Origin: a virus
Lineage: Duplodnaviria; Caudoviricetes
IMG/VR virus record: IMGVR_UViG_3300046779_000451
Location: 1-24,696 of that record
Direction: 5' to 3' (one strand)
Length of the DNA stretch: 24,696 bases
Below are positions 9,153-18,726 of the stretch, in pieces. Position numbers and translations under genes: made by a program. The notes beneath the pieces are model-generated. The model had not been told where the DNA came from and did not search any database. It was given only the letters and a program-made list of their open reading frames with translations. Within the stretch, counting starts at the first letter, position 1, and every line of letters begins with the position of its first letter.

Positions 9153-10469
9153 ATGGCAATTAAAAAATATACAAACTTTGATGCAGTAAATGCAAAAACT
9201 ACGAATGAAGGTAATTACCTACAATCGGAAGATTTATTTATTGTTTCCAAAAATGAAATAGAGGATACTGATTTTGGTGATTGTAAATATGATGTTATGG
9301 AGGTATCCGTATATGATATAAACAATAACTTATTACCACATAAAAATGGAAATACTGTTGAATATGTTAAATATCAACATATAGGTGATTATTTGTATTC
9401 AATGACAAACAAAGGAGGTCAAAAAGAAATTGCTATTGATGCTGAAAAATTATTAAATGATTTAGGATTTACAAATGGGATTCTTAAATTAAATTTAAAT
9501 TTTGTTCGTCAAAGAGTAGGTTCAGATGATGAATTACAAAGAGTTTGGATACATGAAATATCACCTTCAAGAGAAGAGATTAGAATTATTCCTTTAAAAA
9601 CAAAGGATACCAATATAAATCAAATTACAAATAACGAATTTAAAAATATAAATAATCTTACAAAAGATTTTAAATATTATAAGAAAAACATATTAGATTC
9701 ATTGGATTCATTTGAATTTAATTTTTTATCTACAATAGATGATGCTTTGGTTGCTAAATTCGGAAATGATTTTAGAGCAACCGTTAGAAAGGATTTTGGT
9801 TTAAGAGATTTAGATGCTTTCAATAAAAGAGTATTTGAAAATTTTAGAGATAGTATAAAACATTGGGTAAACAATAGATACTATGATATATCACAATCTA
9901 CTTTTGGAAAACCATCTGAGATAAGATTTAATGATTGTGAGCAATATCCATTTATAGATTTATTAAATGAAATACAAAATATATTAAATAACTGTATTAC
10001 ATTTAACATAAAATCATTAAAAAGAAGAAGTGTAAATTATACACAGATTCCAAAGGAATTTGGTATAGTTGAATTAAGAAAGCAAATACAAGATAATTTA
10101 GATTCATTTCAAACAAAAGTGGATATTAAAAAGAATGTATATTCTCCCGGTTCGGCAACTACTACAATAGGTGGAACTCAATTATTACCACCAATCATAA
10201 CAACGAAAGAAGTTGTAGTTGCAGTAGACCCACCAAAACCACCAATTGTTCCAACCGTTGAACCACCACAACCACCTGTTACTCCACCACCGGCAGTTGC
10301 ACCACCTACGGTGGTAACTGCACCACCTGTGGATGATGTGAGAGGCGGAGGTTCTCTTGCACCACCTAGTTATAATCCAAACGATATAACAAGTGCTAAT
10401 AGAAACAATCGATACGAAACAGGTGAAACTCAATTGATATTAGACCCTAGTGTAACTAACACAACATAG
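9153..10469 (+). CDS. Hypothetical structural protein with Pro-rich C-terminal tail (438 aa)
   Basis: Globular N-terminal region (EVSVYDINNNLL, WIHEISPSREEIRI) followed by a low-complexity P/T/V tract; lies inside the baseplate operon. Confidence 0.65.
   Translation: MAIKKYTNFDAVNAKTTNEGNYLQSEDLFIVSKNEIEDTDFGDCKYDVMEVSVYDINNNLLPHKNGNTVEYVKYQHIGDYLYSMTNKGGQKEIAIDAEKLLNDLGFTNGILKLNLNFVRQRVGSDDELQRVWIHEISPSREEIRIIPLKTKDTNINQITNNEFKNINNLTKDFKYYKKNILDSLDSFEFNFLSTIDDALVAKFGNDFRATVRKDFGLRDLDAFNKRVFENFRDSIKHWVNNRYYDISQSTFGKPSEIRFNDCEQYPFIDLLNEIQNILNNCITFNIKSLKRRSVNYTQIPKEFGIVELRKQIQDNLDSFQTKVDIKKNVYSPGSATTTIGGTQLLPPIITTKEVVVAVDPPKPPIVPTVEPPQPPVTPPPAVAPPTVVTAPPVDDVRGGGSLAPPSYNPNDITSANRNNRYETGETQLILDPSVTNTT
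10188..10368 (+). repeat. Low-complexity Pro-rich tract (CCA-rich codons)
   Basis: PPIITT..DPPKPPIVPTVEPPQPPVTPPPAVAPPTVVTAPP..LAPP; locally high C content. Confidence 0.85.
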
Positions 10470-10485
10470 GATAATTAAAAACCCT

Positions 10486-10493
10486 ATATTTAT
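10486..10493 (+). promoter_or_regulatory. Putative phage promoter motif ATATTTAT
   Basis: In a 37-nt gap, 13 nt before ATG 10507. Confidence 0.65.
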
Positions 10494-10506
10494 AATAAAA
10501 GATTAA

Positions 10507-13500
10507 ATGGCGGAAGGAAAAATAGATGATATAGTAGATGACCGTTCAGGTGTTGGTAAAAATCCTGGTGGAATCGATATTCCCATTTTAAGTGCAGTTG
10601 GTGGAAGTGGTGGATTACCTACACTACCTACTCCACAAATACCATACGTCCCACCGGTAGACCAAAGTCCATTAAAGATTTATCTGACAACAAAAGATGG
10701 GTCTGCGGTTGAATTCTTTGAAGATAGTAAATCAAAAGGAATTGGTGCAAACATAACAGTAACACATAATCCATCTACTGCATTTGGTTCAAGAAGAGAA
10801 TATACTGCAAGTATAAACGGTGGTAGAGTTCTTTCCAAATTTATAGTTGCTATCATTCCATTAGAATCGTTTAGTTATGATGGAACTGCCAAATATACGG
10901 AGGGTATTAGAATATTTGAGTATAGATGGGAAAATGAACAATGGAATGAACAACCGCTGCCTAGAACATTTAATTTTACGGCAGGAACTATAACATTAGA
11001 TTTTGGTGTTGAAAAAACAAAAGTATCAGAGCCACAACCCGCGCCTACACCAACACAACCAACAACAGTAACTTTATCAAATCCAAATCCAAATTCACAA
11101 TACGAAATTTCGTTTGGTAGTAATCTAAATACAGAGTTAGGTAACTCTTTGAATTTAGTTTATAAAATATTTTATGGAACTGATGTAGTTTCTAGTGGAA
11201 CATTAGGTTTAGGTCAAAATACAATATCGGAATTATCTGATGAAGTTTTATCCAAATCAACTGCAAATTTTTCGGTAGAAGGTAATTTACCAGATGGAAT
11301 ATCGATAGAACAAATATACGGTGGTATAGCATCTCAATTGGGAGTTGGTGATTTTTCTAAATTAGATAAATATCCTTATGCATTTAGTGTTCCTGCATCT
11401 AAACTTAAAAGTTCATTTGTAGTTGTAGTAGATGCTGCAAAAGAAATTAAATTTGCAGAACCAAAAGTATTTTTATCACAAACTCAATTTAATATCGGTG
11501 TAAAAGAATCCGATTTAGAAAGAGAAGTTAGTATCCCATTCACAACTGAATCGGCGGATACTGTATTAGTTTATACATCAACTGATAAATTTGTAGAAGT
11601 TCCTGCATCAAATGGTAGGGTAACATTATTTTTCCAAAAAGATTTTAATGAAATCTATGGAACTAAAAAAGTAATATTAGTTGCTCAAAGTAATAACTAC
11701 GGGACAGGTCAAAGAGCAGAAGCACTTATTACATTTACTGCAATAAACGATTACCCATCTATAACAGAGGTAACATTTGCAGATGCAATAGATGTTCCAT
11801 CATTCTCTGATTTTAATATTGGATTTGATGTTAAATGGAATTCATTTGCAACAACGAGTGTAGATATTTACTTAAAGTTAAAAGATGGTTCTTATGTTGT
11901 ATTATTTGCAAACCAATCTTCAAACGGTTCGATAACACTTAATCTTAAAACATTAAGAGAGAAATATCCAAATTGGAGTGGTAGTGATAATATAACATTA
12001 AAATTAAAACCATATAATAGAGGTGGTGCAGAAGAATTAATTGGTAACGATTATGAAGTTGTTACTAAATTAACTTTACCAACTTTATATTTAGATGATG
12101 ATATATTAAAGAGTGCTTTATTTCAAGCATTTGGAGAAAAGTTATCTATAATAGAACCAGAACCAAACAGTAAGTATTTAACACACCTTGCTAACTTTGG
12201 AAACAACGAACAAATTTTAATTTCATCTTGGGAAAACGATAATTGGACATTATCTAAAAAATCAGTAGATGAATTAGGTAATGAGTTTGTAAAAGATACA
12301 GATGAAGTAGAATCTATAATATTAAAATTATATTCTCCATTAAATCCGGAGATAACAAACAATTCTACATTCTGGATTACTAAATTAATGAGTAATCCTC
12401 TTATTGAAACCGTAATATTAACGGAACAATCGGAATTAAAATGTCCTCCATTAAAAGGACCTGATTTTAATATTGATGTAGATTTTACAACAGGACAATC
12501 TACTAATTACGAATCATTGGATAATTTGATATTGGAAACATCCGTATCAAGTTCATCTACATTGGTTAGCACATATTTGAGTGCATCTTTAATAGATACA
12601 ACACCTTTAAATATTGAGTATGTAAGTGGTTCTACATATTTGTGGGATAACTTTATTCATTTTAGTTCTGCCAAAGAAAGAGTAGATAACTTTGTATATA
12701 AAGTTCAATTGATTGAAACTTACGAAAGATTATATGCTTCGGCATCTACTAATGATGCATATAATTCATCAGTTGCATCTGTAAATGAAAGAGAAAGACA
12801 ATTATTGAAGAAAAATCAATTAATAAATAATTTTGATGGATTTGAGAAGTTTTTATATACATCTTCTTCAATGTCTTGGCCGTATAGTGGTTCAACGAGA
12901 ATCGATAGCACATCTACAACCGTAACAAATACAAATGGAACTGGGTGGTATGATACTATTATAGAATTAGCTGAATCATTTGATGTAGAAAATCCAAACT
13001 ATGTTCAAAATAACATACCACAATATATTGTAAATAATAGTGATAACCAAAGTTTATTATTATTCTTCTCAATGATTGGACAACATTTTGATAACATATA
13101 TTACCATACCAAAGCTATTGAAAAAAGTAGAGGATTGGGGTATAAATCAAAAGATGGTATTTCTGATAAATTGTTATTTGAAGCATTGAAATCATTTGGA
13201 TGGGATGCAAATAATTTAGCAGCTGATAAACAGTTGTGGAATTATGTATTCGGAATGGATTCAGAAGGTTCAATCAAAGAAACATCTCCTGCTAAACAAA
13301 GAACATATGAGGTTTGGAGAAGAATTATAAATAACTTACCTTACTTATTAAAACATAAAGGAACAAGACGTGGTGTTTATGCTCTAATGAGTTGTTATGG
13401 TATTCCGGCATCTAATCTTACTATTTTAGAATTTGGAGGACCGGAAGTAACTACGGATACTCAAACAAAGAGTAAGTTAGAAATGTCAAACATTACAACT

Positions 13501-15546
13501 GCTCTTAAATTTAACGATGGAGCATCTATTTCTATGGATTGGAAAGATACCGATAAAGGTATTAAACCATCTACGGTAGAAATGTTTGTTAAACCTGCTT
13601 ATGGGGGAGTTTGGTCATTATTAGAAACGGATAATTGGAATGTATCTTTAAGTGGTTCAGAAGATAGTAAATATGGTATTGTTAAATTTAGTGGTAGTGC
13701 ATCTACATTTGAAACACCATCACTACCATTATTTAATGGAAAATTCTTTGGAGTATCCGTTAGTTCTGGTTCTACTGGTATAAACATAGATGTTAGACAA
13801 GCAGAAAAAGAAAGAACAATATTTAGTAGTTCTATATCACAATCCATATCAGTTGATTGGGAAAGTGATTCAACATTAACAGTTGGTTCTAATTATAGTG
13901 GTTCATTGGATGAATTCCGTATGTGGTCTGATGTATTGAATACTCAAAAATTCTACGAACACGTTTCATTCCCTGAAATGATTAACGGTAATCATATTTC
14001 ATCTTCAACTGATGATTTATATTTCCGTTTGGATTTCGAATATCCTAAAAACTTATATGCAACTGCTTCGTTAATAAATGTTGATACAAATATTTATTTT
14101 GAAAAAGGATACACTAGAAATGATTATGAAAGTGGTTCTTTAATACAACTTAATTCTACTAACCCAACACCATTATTGTATGCAAGTGCTAGTGGATTTA
14201 CTAATATAACAACGTATCCATATCAGTTCGAAGCAATAGATAGAAGTTTTGTATTAGAAATACCGGATTTAGGTGCAGGTAGATACTCAACTAATAAAGT
14301 TAGATTTGAATCACAGGAATTAGTTTCAAATTTATCGGCAAATAGTAGAGCAACTAAAAAGGCATTTGACCAATCTCCTACCGATTCTAATAGAGTTGGT
14401 TTATTCTTCTCTCCTACAAAAGAGTTGAATTTTGATATTGCTAAATCGTTTGGTGGAATAAATTTAGATAATTACATTGGTAGTCCTGATGATACTTACA
14501 AATCAAATTACAAAGATTTAGATAATTTAAGAAACTATTATTTCAAAAGATTTAGTGGTAGAGATATTTATGAATACATCAACTTAATCAAACTATATGA
14601 GAAATCTATGTTTGAAGATATTAAGAAGATGTTACCAGCAAGAGTTAAAGCAACTACTGGTTTGTTAATCGAACCACATATCTTAGAAAGAAATAAAGTT
14701 GCTTACAAAAGACCATCGGGAGAAGATTATCAACAAGAAGTAAATATTAAGTATTCGGATACAACTATAATGACATCCGAAAATAACCAATATGAAGCAT
14801 TTGTAGATGCTGATATGGGTGGTATTTTAACTGCTGAAAATAATCAGTATGATGCTTTAATAACATCTTCTTCGATTGAAACTTTAACTGCTGAAAATTA
14901 TCAACAAGAATCTATAATAGATGCTAATTCTAATTTTATATTAGAAACCGATTATTATCAAAAAGAAGTTGATATAAATGCCCAATTGGGAGACCCTACT
15001 ATTGTAGCACAGATAGAATTGGAAAATTCTAATATAGTTGTTGGTCAAACTACATACGAAGAAATTGGATTTGGTATTTATGCACAGAGTGGTTCTGCAA
15101 TTAGAACTTATTTCAATAAAGATGGTATAGTAACCAAAGAAAGAGTAAGAGTAAATTTAGTAACAGAACAAAAAACAAAATTAGTTGATAAATTTAATGT
15201 TGTAATAGGTGGTAAAGGAGACCCTCGTGGTGGATTTTATAAAGAAGAACAAACTTACACCGAAACTACTTTAAATATACAGCCATTTAGTGGTTCATCT
15301 ATACCAACTGTTAAGGGTGATATAATTGAGGTTAAACCATTACATGGGTATTTGCCAACACATTTTAGAAATACTTCTGATTTGACAAGAGGATTAGAAA
15401 ATTCATTTTTTAGAGGTTCTAAAAATACCGCAGCAACTACATTAGATGGAACTCCACCGGTTGAAACATTTACTACAAATCCTAACACATTGAAGGTAAA
15501 TAAAGCAGGTAGAACATCAAATGAACCAATTTTGGAAGTTGAGTAA
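10507..15546 (+). CDS. Large multidomain baseplate wedge protein (gp7 / P2 gpI-like motif, LamG-like domain, Ig-like N-terminal region, 19-aa repeats; 1679 aa)
   Basis: IGQHFDNIYY and WRRIINNLPYLLKHKGTRRGVYALMSCYG (KGT wedge motif, ~13315-13400); TVEMFVKP..LTVGSNYSGSLDEFRMWSDVLN (LamG/ConA-like, ~13570-13940); beta-rich N-terminal third. Confidence 0.65.
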   Translation: MAEGKIDDIVDDRSGVGKNPGGIDIPILSAVGGSGGLPTLPTPQIPYVPPVDQSPLKIYLTTKDGSAVEFFEDSKSKGIGANITVTHNPSTAFGSRREYTASINGGRVLSKFIVAIIPLESFSYDGTAKYTEGIRIFEYRWENEQWNEQPLPRTFNFTAGTITLDFGVEKTKVSEPQPAPTPTQPTTVTLSNPNPNSQYEISFGSNLNTELGNSLNLVYKIFYGTDVVSSGTLGLGQNTISELSDEVLSKSTANFSVEGNLPDGISIEQIYGGIASQLGVGDFSKLDKYPYAFSVPASKLKSSFVVVVDAAKEIKFAEPKVFLSQTQFNIGVKESDLEREVSIPFTTESADTVLVYTSTDKFVEVPASNGRVTLFFQKDFNEIYGTKKVILVAQSNNYGTGQRAEALITFTAINDYPSITEVTFADAIDVPSFSDFNIGFDVKWNSFATTSVDIYLKLKDGSYVVLFANQSSNGSITLNLKTLREKYPNWSGSDNITLKLKPYNRGGAEELIGNDYEVVTKLTLPTLYLDDDILKSALFQAFGEKLSIIEPEPNSKYLTHLANFGNNEQILISSWENDNWTLSKKSVDELGNEFVKDTDEVESIILKLYSPLNPEITNNSTFWITKLMSNPLIETVILTEQSELKCPPLKGPDFNIDVDFTTGQSTNYESLDNLILETSVSSSSTLVSTYLSASLIDTTPLNIEYVSGSTYLWDNFIHFSSAKERVDNFVYKVQLIETYERLYASASTNDAYNSSVASVNERERQLLKKNQLINNFDGFEKFLYTSSSMSWPYSGSTRIDSTSTTVTNTNGTGWYDTIIELAESFDVENPNYVQNNIPQYIVNNSDNQSLLLFFSMIGQHFDNIYYHTKAIEKSRGLGYKSKDGISDKLLFEALKSFGWDANNLAADKQLWNYVFGMDSEGSIKETSPAKQRTYEVWRRIINNLPYLLKHKGTRRGVYALMSCYGIPASNLTILEFGGPEVTTDTQTKSKLEMSNITTALKFNDGASISMDWKDTDKGIKPSTVEMFVKPAYGGVWSLLETDNWNVSLSGSEDSKYGIVKFSGSASTFETPSLPLFNGKFFGVSVSSGSTGINIDVRQAEKERTIFSSSISQSISVDWESDSTLTVGSNYSGSLDEFRMWSDVLNTQKFYEHVSFPEMINGNHISSSTDDLYFRLDFEYPKNLYATASLINVDTNIYFEKGYTRNDYESGSLIQLNSTNPTPLLYASASGFTNITTYPYQFEAIDRSFVLEIPDLGAGRYSTNKVRFESQELVSNLSANSRATKKAFDQSPTDSNRVGLFFSPTKELNFDIAKSFGGINLDNYIGSPDDTYKSNYKDLDNLRNYYFKRFSGRDIYEYINLIKLYEKSMFEDIKKMLPARVKATTGLLIEPHILERNKVAYKRPSGEDYQQEVNIKYSDTTIMTSENNQYEAFVDADMGGILTAENNQYDALITSSSIETLTAENYQQESIIDANSNFILETDYYQKEVDINAQLGDPTIVAQIELENSNIVVGQTTYEEIGFGIYAQSGSAIRTYFNKDGIVTKERVRVNLVTEQKTKLVDKFNVVIGGKGDPRGGFYKEEQTYTETTLNIQPFSGSSIPTVKGDIIEVKPLHGYLPTHFRNTSDLTRGLENSFFRGSKNTAATTLDGTPPVETFTTNPNTLKVNKAGRTSNEPILEVE
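14707..14991 (+). repeat. Five degenerate tandem 57-nt (19-aa) repeats in the 1679-aa gene
   Basis: KRPSGEDYQQEVNIKYSDT / TIMTSENNQYEAFVDADMG / GILTAENNQYDALITSSSI / ETLTAENYQQESIIDANSN / FILETDYYQKEVDINAQLG; DNA tttaactgctgaaaat at 14826 and 14883, 57 nt apart. Confidence 0.85.
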
Positions 15547-15563
15547 TAATTTTTATAAAAACT

Positions 15564-15571
15564 ATATTTAT
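15564..15571 (+). promoter_or_regulatory. Putative phage promoter motif ATATTTAT
   Basis: In a 48-nt gap, 23 nt before ATG 15595. Confidence 0.65.
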
Positions 15572-15594
15572 TAACAAACGAATTAATAAACACT

Positions 15595-16218
15595 ATGGGA
15601 TATTTAAGTAATACCGAATTAACGGTAGATGCAATTCTTACAAAAAAAGGTAGAGAAAAACTTGCAGCAGGTCAAGGATTAAACATTACTCAATTTGCAT
15701 TAGCAGATGATGAGATTGATTATTCTTTATACGAACCAGCTCATCCACTTGGTTCTGCTTACTATGATGCGGCAATTAAAAATATGCCAGTATTAGAAGC
15801 AAACCCTGATGAAACACAGGTAATGAAATATAAATTGGTAACACTTCCAAAGAATACAACTCGTATTCCTGTGGTAGAATTTGGTGTTCCTAATATATCA
15901 GTTAATCAAAAGAGTGGTGAAGTTGCTTTATCACCAACAACATCCCCAGCAGGAAACAGAAGTTTAGGATACACTATTGTATTATCTAACAAAAATGCAG
16001 GTGATATTGTAGGAGAAGGTGTAACATCCGATGTAGGTTCAGTACCTATCTTTATCGGTGATGATGTATCTGCAACTGCGGCAATCGCAAAAGGATTAAC
16101 ATTTAAATTTATTCCAAACCCATCTTTAACTTCAACTATCAAAACTACAATTACAGTTTATGGTAACGAAACAGGTGGTTCACAAACGATTCCAGTAACC
16201 GTAACATACGTTCAATAA
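15595..16218 (+). CDS. Baseplate / tail-collar-like structural protein (207 aa)
   Basis: N-terminal AILTKKGREKLAAGQGLNITQFALADDEIDY resembles the lT..G...la....it..a.gD start of tail-collar fibre (DUF3751-like) domains; C-terminal Ig-like strands (TTITVYGNETGGSQTIPVTV). Confidence 0.6.
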   Translation: MGYLSNTELTVDAILTKKGREKLAAGQGLNITQFALADDEIDYSLYEPAHPLGSAYYDAAIKNMPVLEANPDETQVMKYKLVTLPKNTTRIPVVEFGVPNISVNQKSGEVALSPTTSPAGNRSLGYTIVLSNKNAGDIVGEGVTSDVGSVPIFIGDDVSATAAIAKGLTFKFIPNPSLTSTIKTTITVYGNETGGSQTIPVTVTYVQ

Positions 16219-16226
16219 GATAGACA

Positions 16227-17462
16227 ATGGCATTAATTAGAGACAATAGAGGAGCACTTTTAGCAAGTAATATATCCCAATACTTGGCAGGAGCAGCGAA
16301 CACCGCAGGAACTCCCGTAGATACTAACGAATTAGTTAGAATCGTAAATCAATTTTTAGGACAAGGTGAACAAATCAGTTCAGATTTAACAACCGTAACT
16401 AATGGTGTTTACAAAAAATTCGGAGCAATTGATAAGGTAACTAACAGAACTGAAATTGTAACATCTGGTATTTGGAGTGGAGATACAGGTTCATTATCTG
16501 TATTTTATACATCTTCTGTTCAACTTTCGGGTGTTAGTGGTAAATATTATTTAGATGTTTACAACGCAGAAACATCATCCACATCGGCAGAGGTTCAATT
16601 CTCAATTGCATATGGTGATGCTAACGGTAAAGGAGCACCTACATTAACACAAAATGATGATTCTAATTTACAAACTACTGCGGTTTATAACCAATTTAAG
16701 AATGTATTGTTAGATTCGTCAGATGCTTATTTTAGTGTTTATACTGGTTCAACTGCGGCAGGACATGATTTAACATCATTCTATGCAATCAACATCAACA
16801 GAGCAAGATACAAAGAAAAATTAGACCCAGGTAATATTCAAATCGCATTATCAGGTTCGGCAGGATATATCACTTTAATTGATGATTCAAACGGAACTAA
16901 CGAAAGTGTAACAACTGCGGGTAGAGTTTACAATATGGTTAGTGGTGCATTAAACATTGGAACATCTTTAACTGCTTCAATTGCACAATATTCAGATACT
17001 TACACACAACAAGGATACGGTTTATTCTATCCTGATATGGGTATTATCTTATTGAATCCAAATGCACTTTCTGCATCTGTTGGTGGTAATTTAGCACCAG
17101 CAGCAGGTTCAACAACAGATAAGTACCATCAATCAGGTTCAGCATCTGGTTCATTGAAGTTATTTGATGCATTGAACAAAGGAGCTGACTTCCAAGCAAG
17201 AAGAACTGAGAATGTTTCTACATCTCACTATTTCGTAAGAGCAAACAATAGAGAGTTCAATTTCTCAAACAACCCAACATTTGTTAGTGGTTCAGTTGGA
17301 GCATTTGCACAATCATTGTTCGAAAAAGACCCACACGTTTATATTACAACCGTAGGTTTATATGATGATGCTAACGAATTATTAGCAGTAGCAAAAACTT
17401 CTAAACCAATTGAGAAATCGTTTGATAAAGAAGTAGCAATAAAAGTAAAGTTAGATTTCTAA
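16227..17462 (+). CDS. Baseplate/tail structural protein, paralogue A (411 aa)
   Basis: C-terminal EFNFSNNPTF..YITTVGLYDDANELLAVAKTSKPIEK..VKLDF, shared with the next gene; S/T/G-rich. Confidence 0.65.
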   Translation: MALIRDNRGALLASNISQYLAGAANTAGTPVDTNELVRIVNQFLGQGEQISSDLTTVTNGVYKKFGAIDKVTNRTEIVTSGIWSGDTGSLSVFYTSSVQLSGVSGKYYLDVYNAETSSTSAEVQFSIAYGDANGKGAPTLTQNDDSNLQTTAVYNQFKNVLLDSSDAYFSVYTGSTAAGHDLTSFYAININRARYKEKLDPGNIQIALSGSAGYITLIDDSNGTNESVTTAGRVYNMVSGALNIGTSLTASIAQYSDTYTQQGYGLFYPDMGIILLNPNALSASVGGNLAPAAGSTTDKYHQSGSASGSLKLFDALNKGADFQARRTENVSTSHYFVRANNREFNFSNNPTFVSGSVGAFAQSLFEKDPHVYITTVGLYDDANELLAVAKTSKPIEKSFDKEVAIKVKLDF

Positions 17463-17486
17463 AAGAGAATAACTTATAAACTACTG

Positions 17487-17508
17487 ACCCACCTTTTGGT
17501 GGGTTTTT
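17487..17508 (+). terminator. Intrinsic (rho-independent) terminator
   Basis: Perfect 7-bp stem ACCCACC-TTTT-GGTGGGT followed by TTTT(AGTTTT), 24 nt after the stop at 17462. Confidence 0.85.
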
Positions 17509-17517
17509 AGTTTTATG

Positions 17518-17525
17518 ATATTTAT
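17518..17525 (+). promoter_or_regulatory. Putative phage promoter motif ATATTTAT
   Basis: Directly after the terminator and 7 nt before ATG 17533. Confidence 0.6.
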
Positions 17526-17532
17526 TAGTGAT

Positions 17533-18723
17533 ATGTTAAAAAGAATTCCCAAATCAGATATTAGTATAAGACCTTTTAAGGCATATAAGGAGTGGAGCTT
17601 TTCTAGTGGTTCTACGGAAATTGATATTTTATTGGCATCCGATGTTTCATCATCATATTCAACTGGTGATAATTTATCTTTTCAACAAACTGCAATATAT
17701 TCTCAATTAAAAGCAGCTTTCTATAATGGAAACGAAGATAATCCATTTACAAGATTTGGAGCAGCTAGTATAGTATATAATTCCGATAATCTAACAAAAG
17801 ATAGGTTTTTAAGCGGAAGTGCAAAAGTAGTATCAATCCCACAATCATATATTGGTGAGGGTATAAAAAAAGGAACTTTAACTTTTACAAATGGAGATGC
17901 TTTATATGGTGATGATGAGTACGGTAATTTAATATCATTAGCAGGTGATACACTATCAGTTGGATATATAGGTATTCCTAATCCGAATGTTGCATCTTTG
18001 GGTTATTTGTATTTTACAGATATAGCAAATACCGTATATACTGCATCAATTATTGATTATGATATAAATACAGGTATAATAGATTTAACTTATCAAACCG
18101 TAAATTACCCAAATCTACAAGTTTTAACTTTTAATTTGGAAGATGGTAGTATGGTTATAGATAATGTTCCATTCTTAGAAGGAGCAGGTGGAACTAATAG
18201 AATTGGTAATGTATTTTATAATCAGGGTTTAATTGTTTTAACACGTGGTTCGGATGCGTATTTAACTGGTAGTTGGGAATTGAATTACAAATCAACTCAA
18301 ACTATTTATGAAAACGAATATCTTCTTATTGTAAATGAAGATGAGTTTAATGTTTCTCAAAATCCATCGGCATTTACATTAGTAAATCAAGAAACTTCTT
18401 CATTTGAAACTACTGATAATAAAACGGTAAATGTCATAACTAATCCTGGTGTTAAATATATTAAAAAACTAACTACATTAGAAAACGGAAATATTTTAGA
18501 TTATCGTTATACATCATCTGTAAATGAAGAAGTATTTGCGGGATTTGAGCATTATGATTTAAGTGGTTCTGTGGATACTACTGGTTCATTCTTAGCACCA
18601 TTTATCACAACCATTGGTTTATACGATGATAATTGTGATTTGGTAGCAGTTGCTAAGTTACCACAACCTATAAAATCAGAACCAGATATTCCAGTGAATT
18701 TTATTATTCGTTTTGATACATAA
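17533..18723 (+). CDS. Baseplate/tail structural protein, paralogue B (probable start 17533, MLKRIPK...)
   Basis: Shares GEGIKKGT / GNVFYNQGLIVL / EFNVSQNPS / FITTIGLYDDNCDLVAVAKLPQPIK blocks with paralogue A. The ORF-track start at 17515 lies upstream of the promoter motif, so the next ATG is preferred. Confidence 0.65.
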   Translation: MLKRIPKSDISIRPFKAYKEWSFSSGSTEIDILLASDVSSSYSTGDNLSFQQTAIYSQLKAAFYNGNEDNPFTRFGAASIVYNSDNLTKDRFLSGSAKVVSIPQSYIGEGIKKGTLTFTNGDALYGDDEYGNLISLAGDTLSVGYIGIPNPNVASLGYLYFTDIANTVYTASIIDYDINTGIIDLTYQTVNYPNLQVLTFNLEDGSMVIDNVPFLEGAGGTNRIGNVFYNQGLIVLTRGSDAYLTGSWELNYKSTQTIYENEYLLIVNEDEFNVSQNPSAFTLVNQETSSFETTDNKTVNVITNPGVKYIKKLTTLENGNILDYRYTSSVNEEVFAGFEHYDLSGSVDTTGSFLAPFITTIGLYDDNCDLVAVAKLPQPIKSEPDIPVNFIIRFDT

Positions 18724-18726
18724 TTG

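Noticed and set aside
14090-14571. Intragenic ATATTTAT copies at 14090 and 14564
   Set aside because: Several chance copies are expected in AT-rich DNA, and no gene boundary follows them.
17515-17532. ORF-track start MIFISD for paralogue B
   Set aside because: It lies upstream of the promoter motif and next to the terminator tail; ATG 17533 is more plausible.
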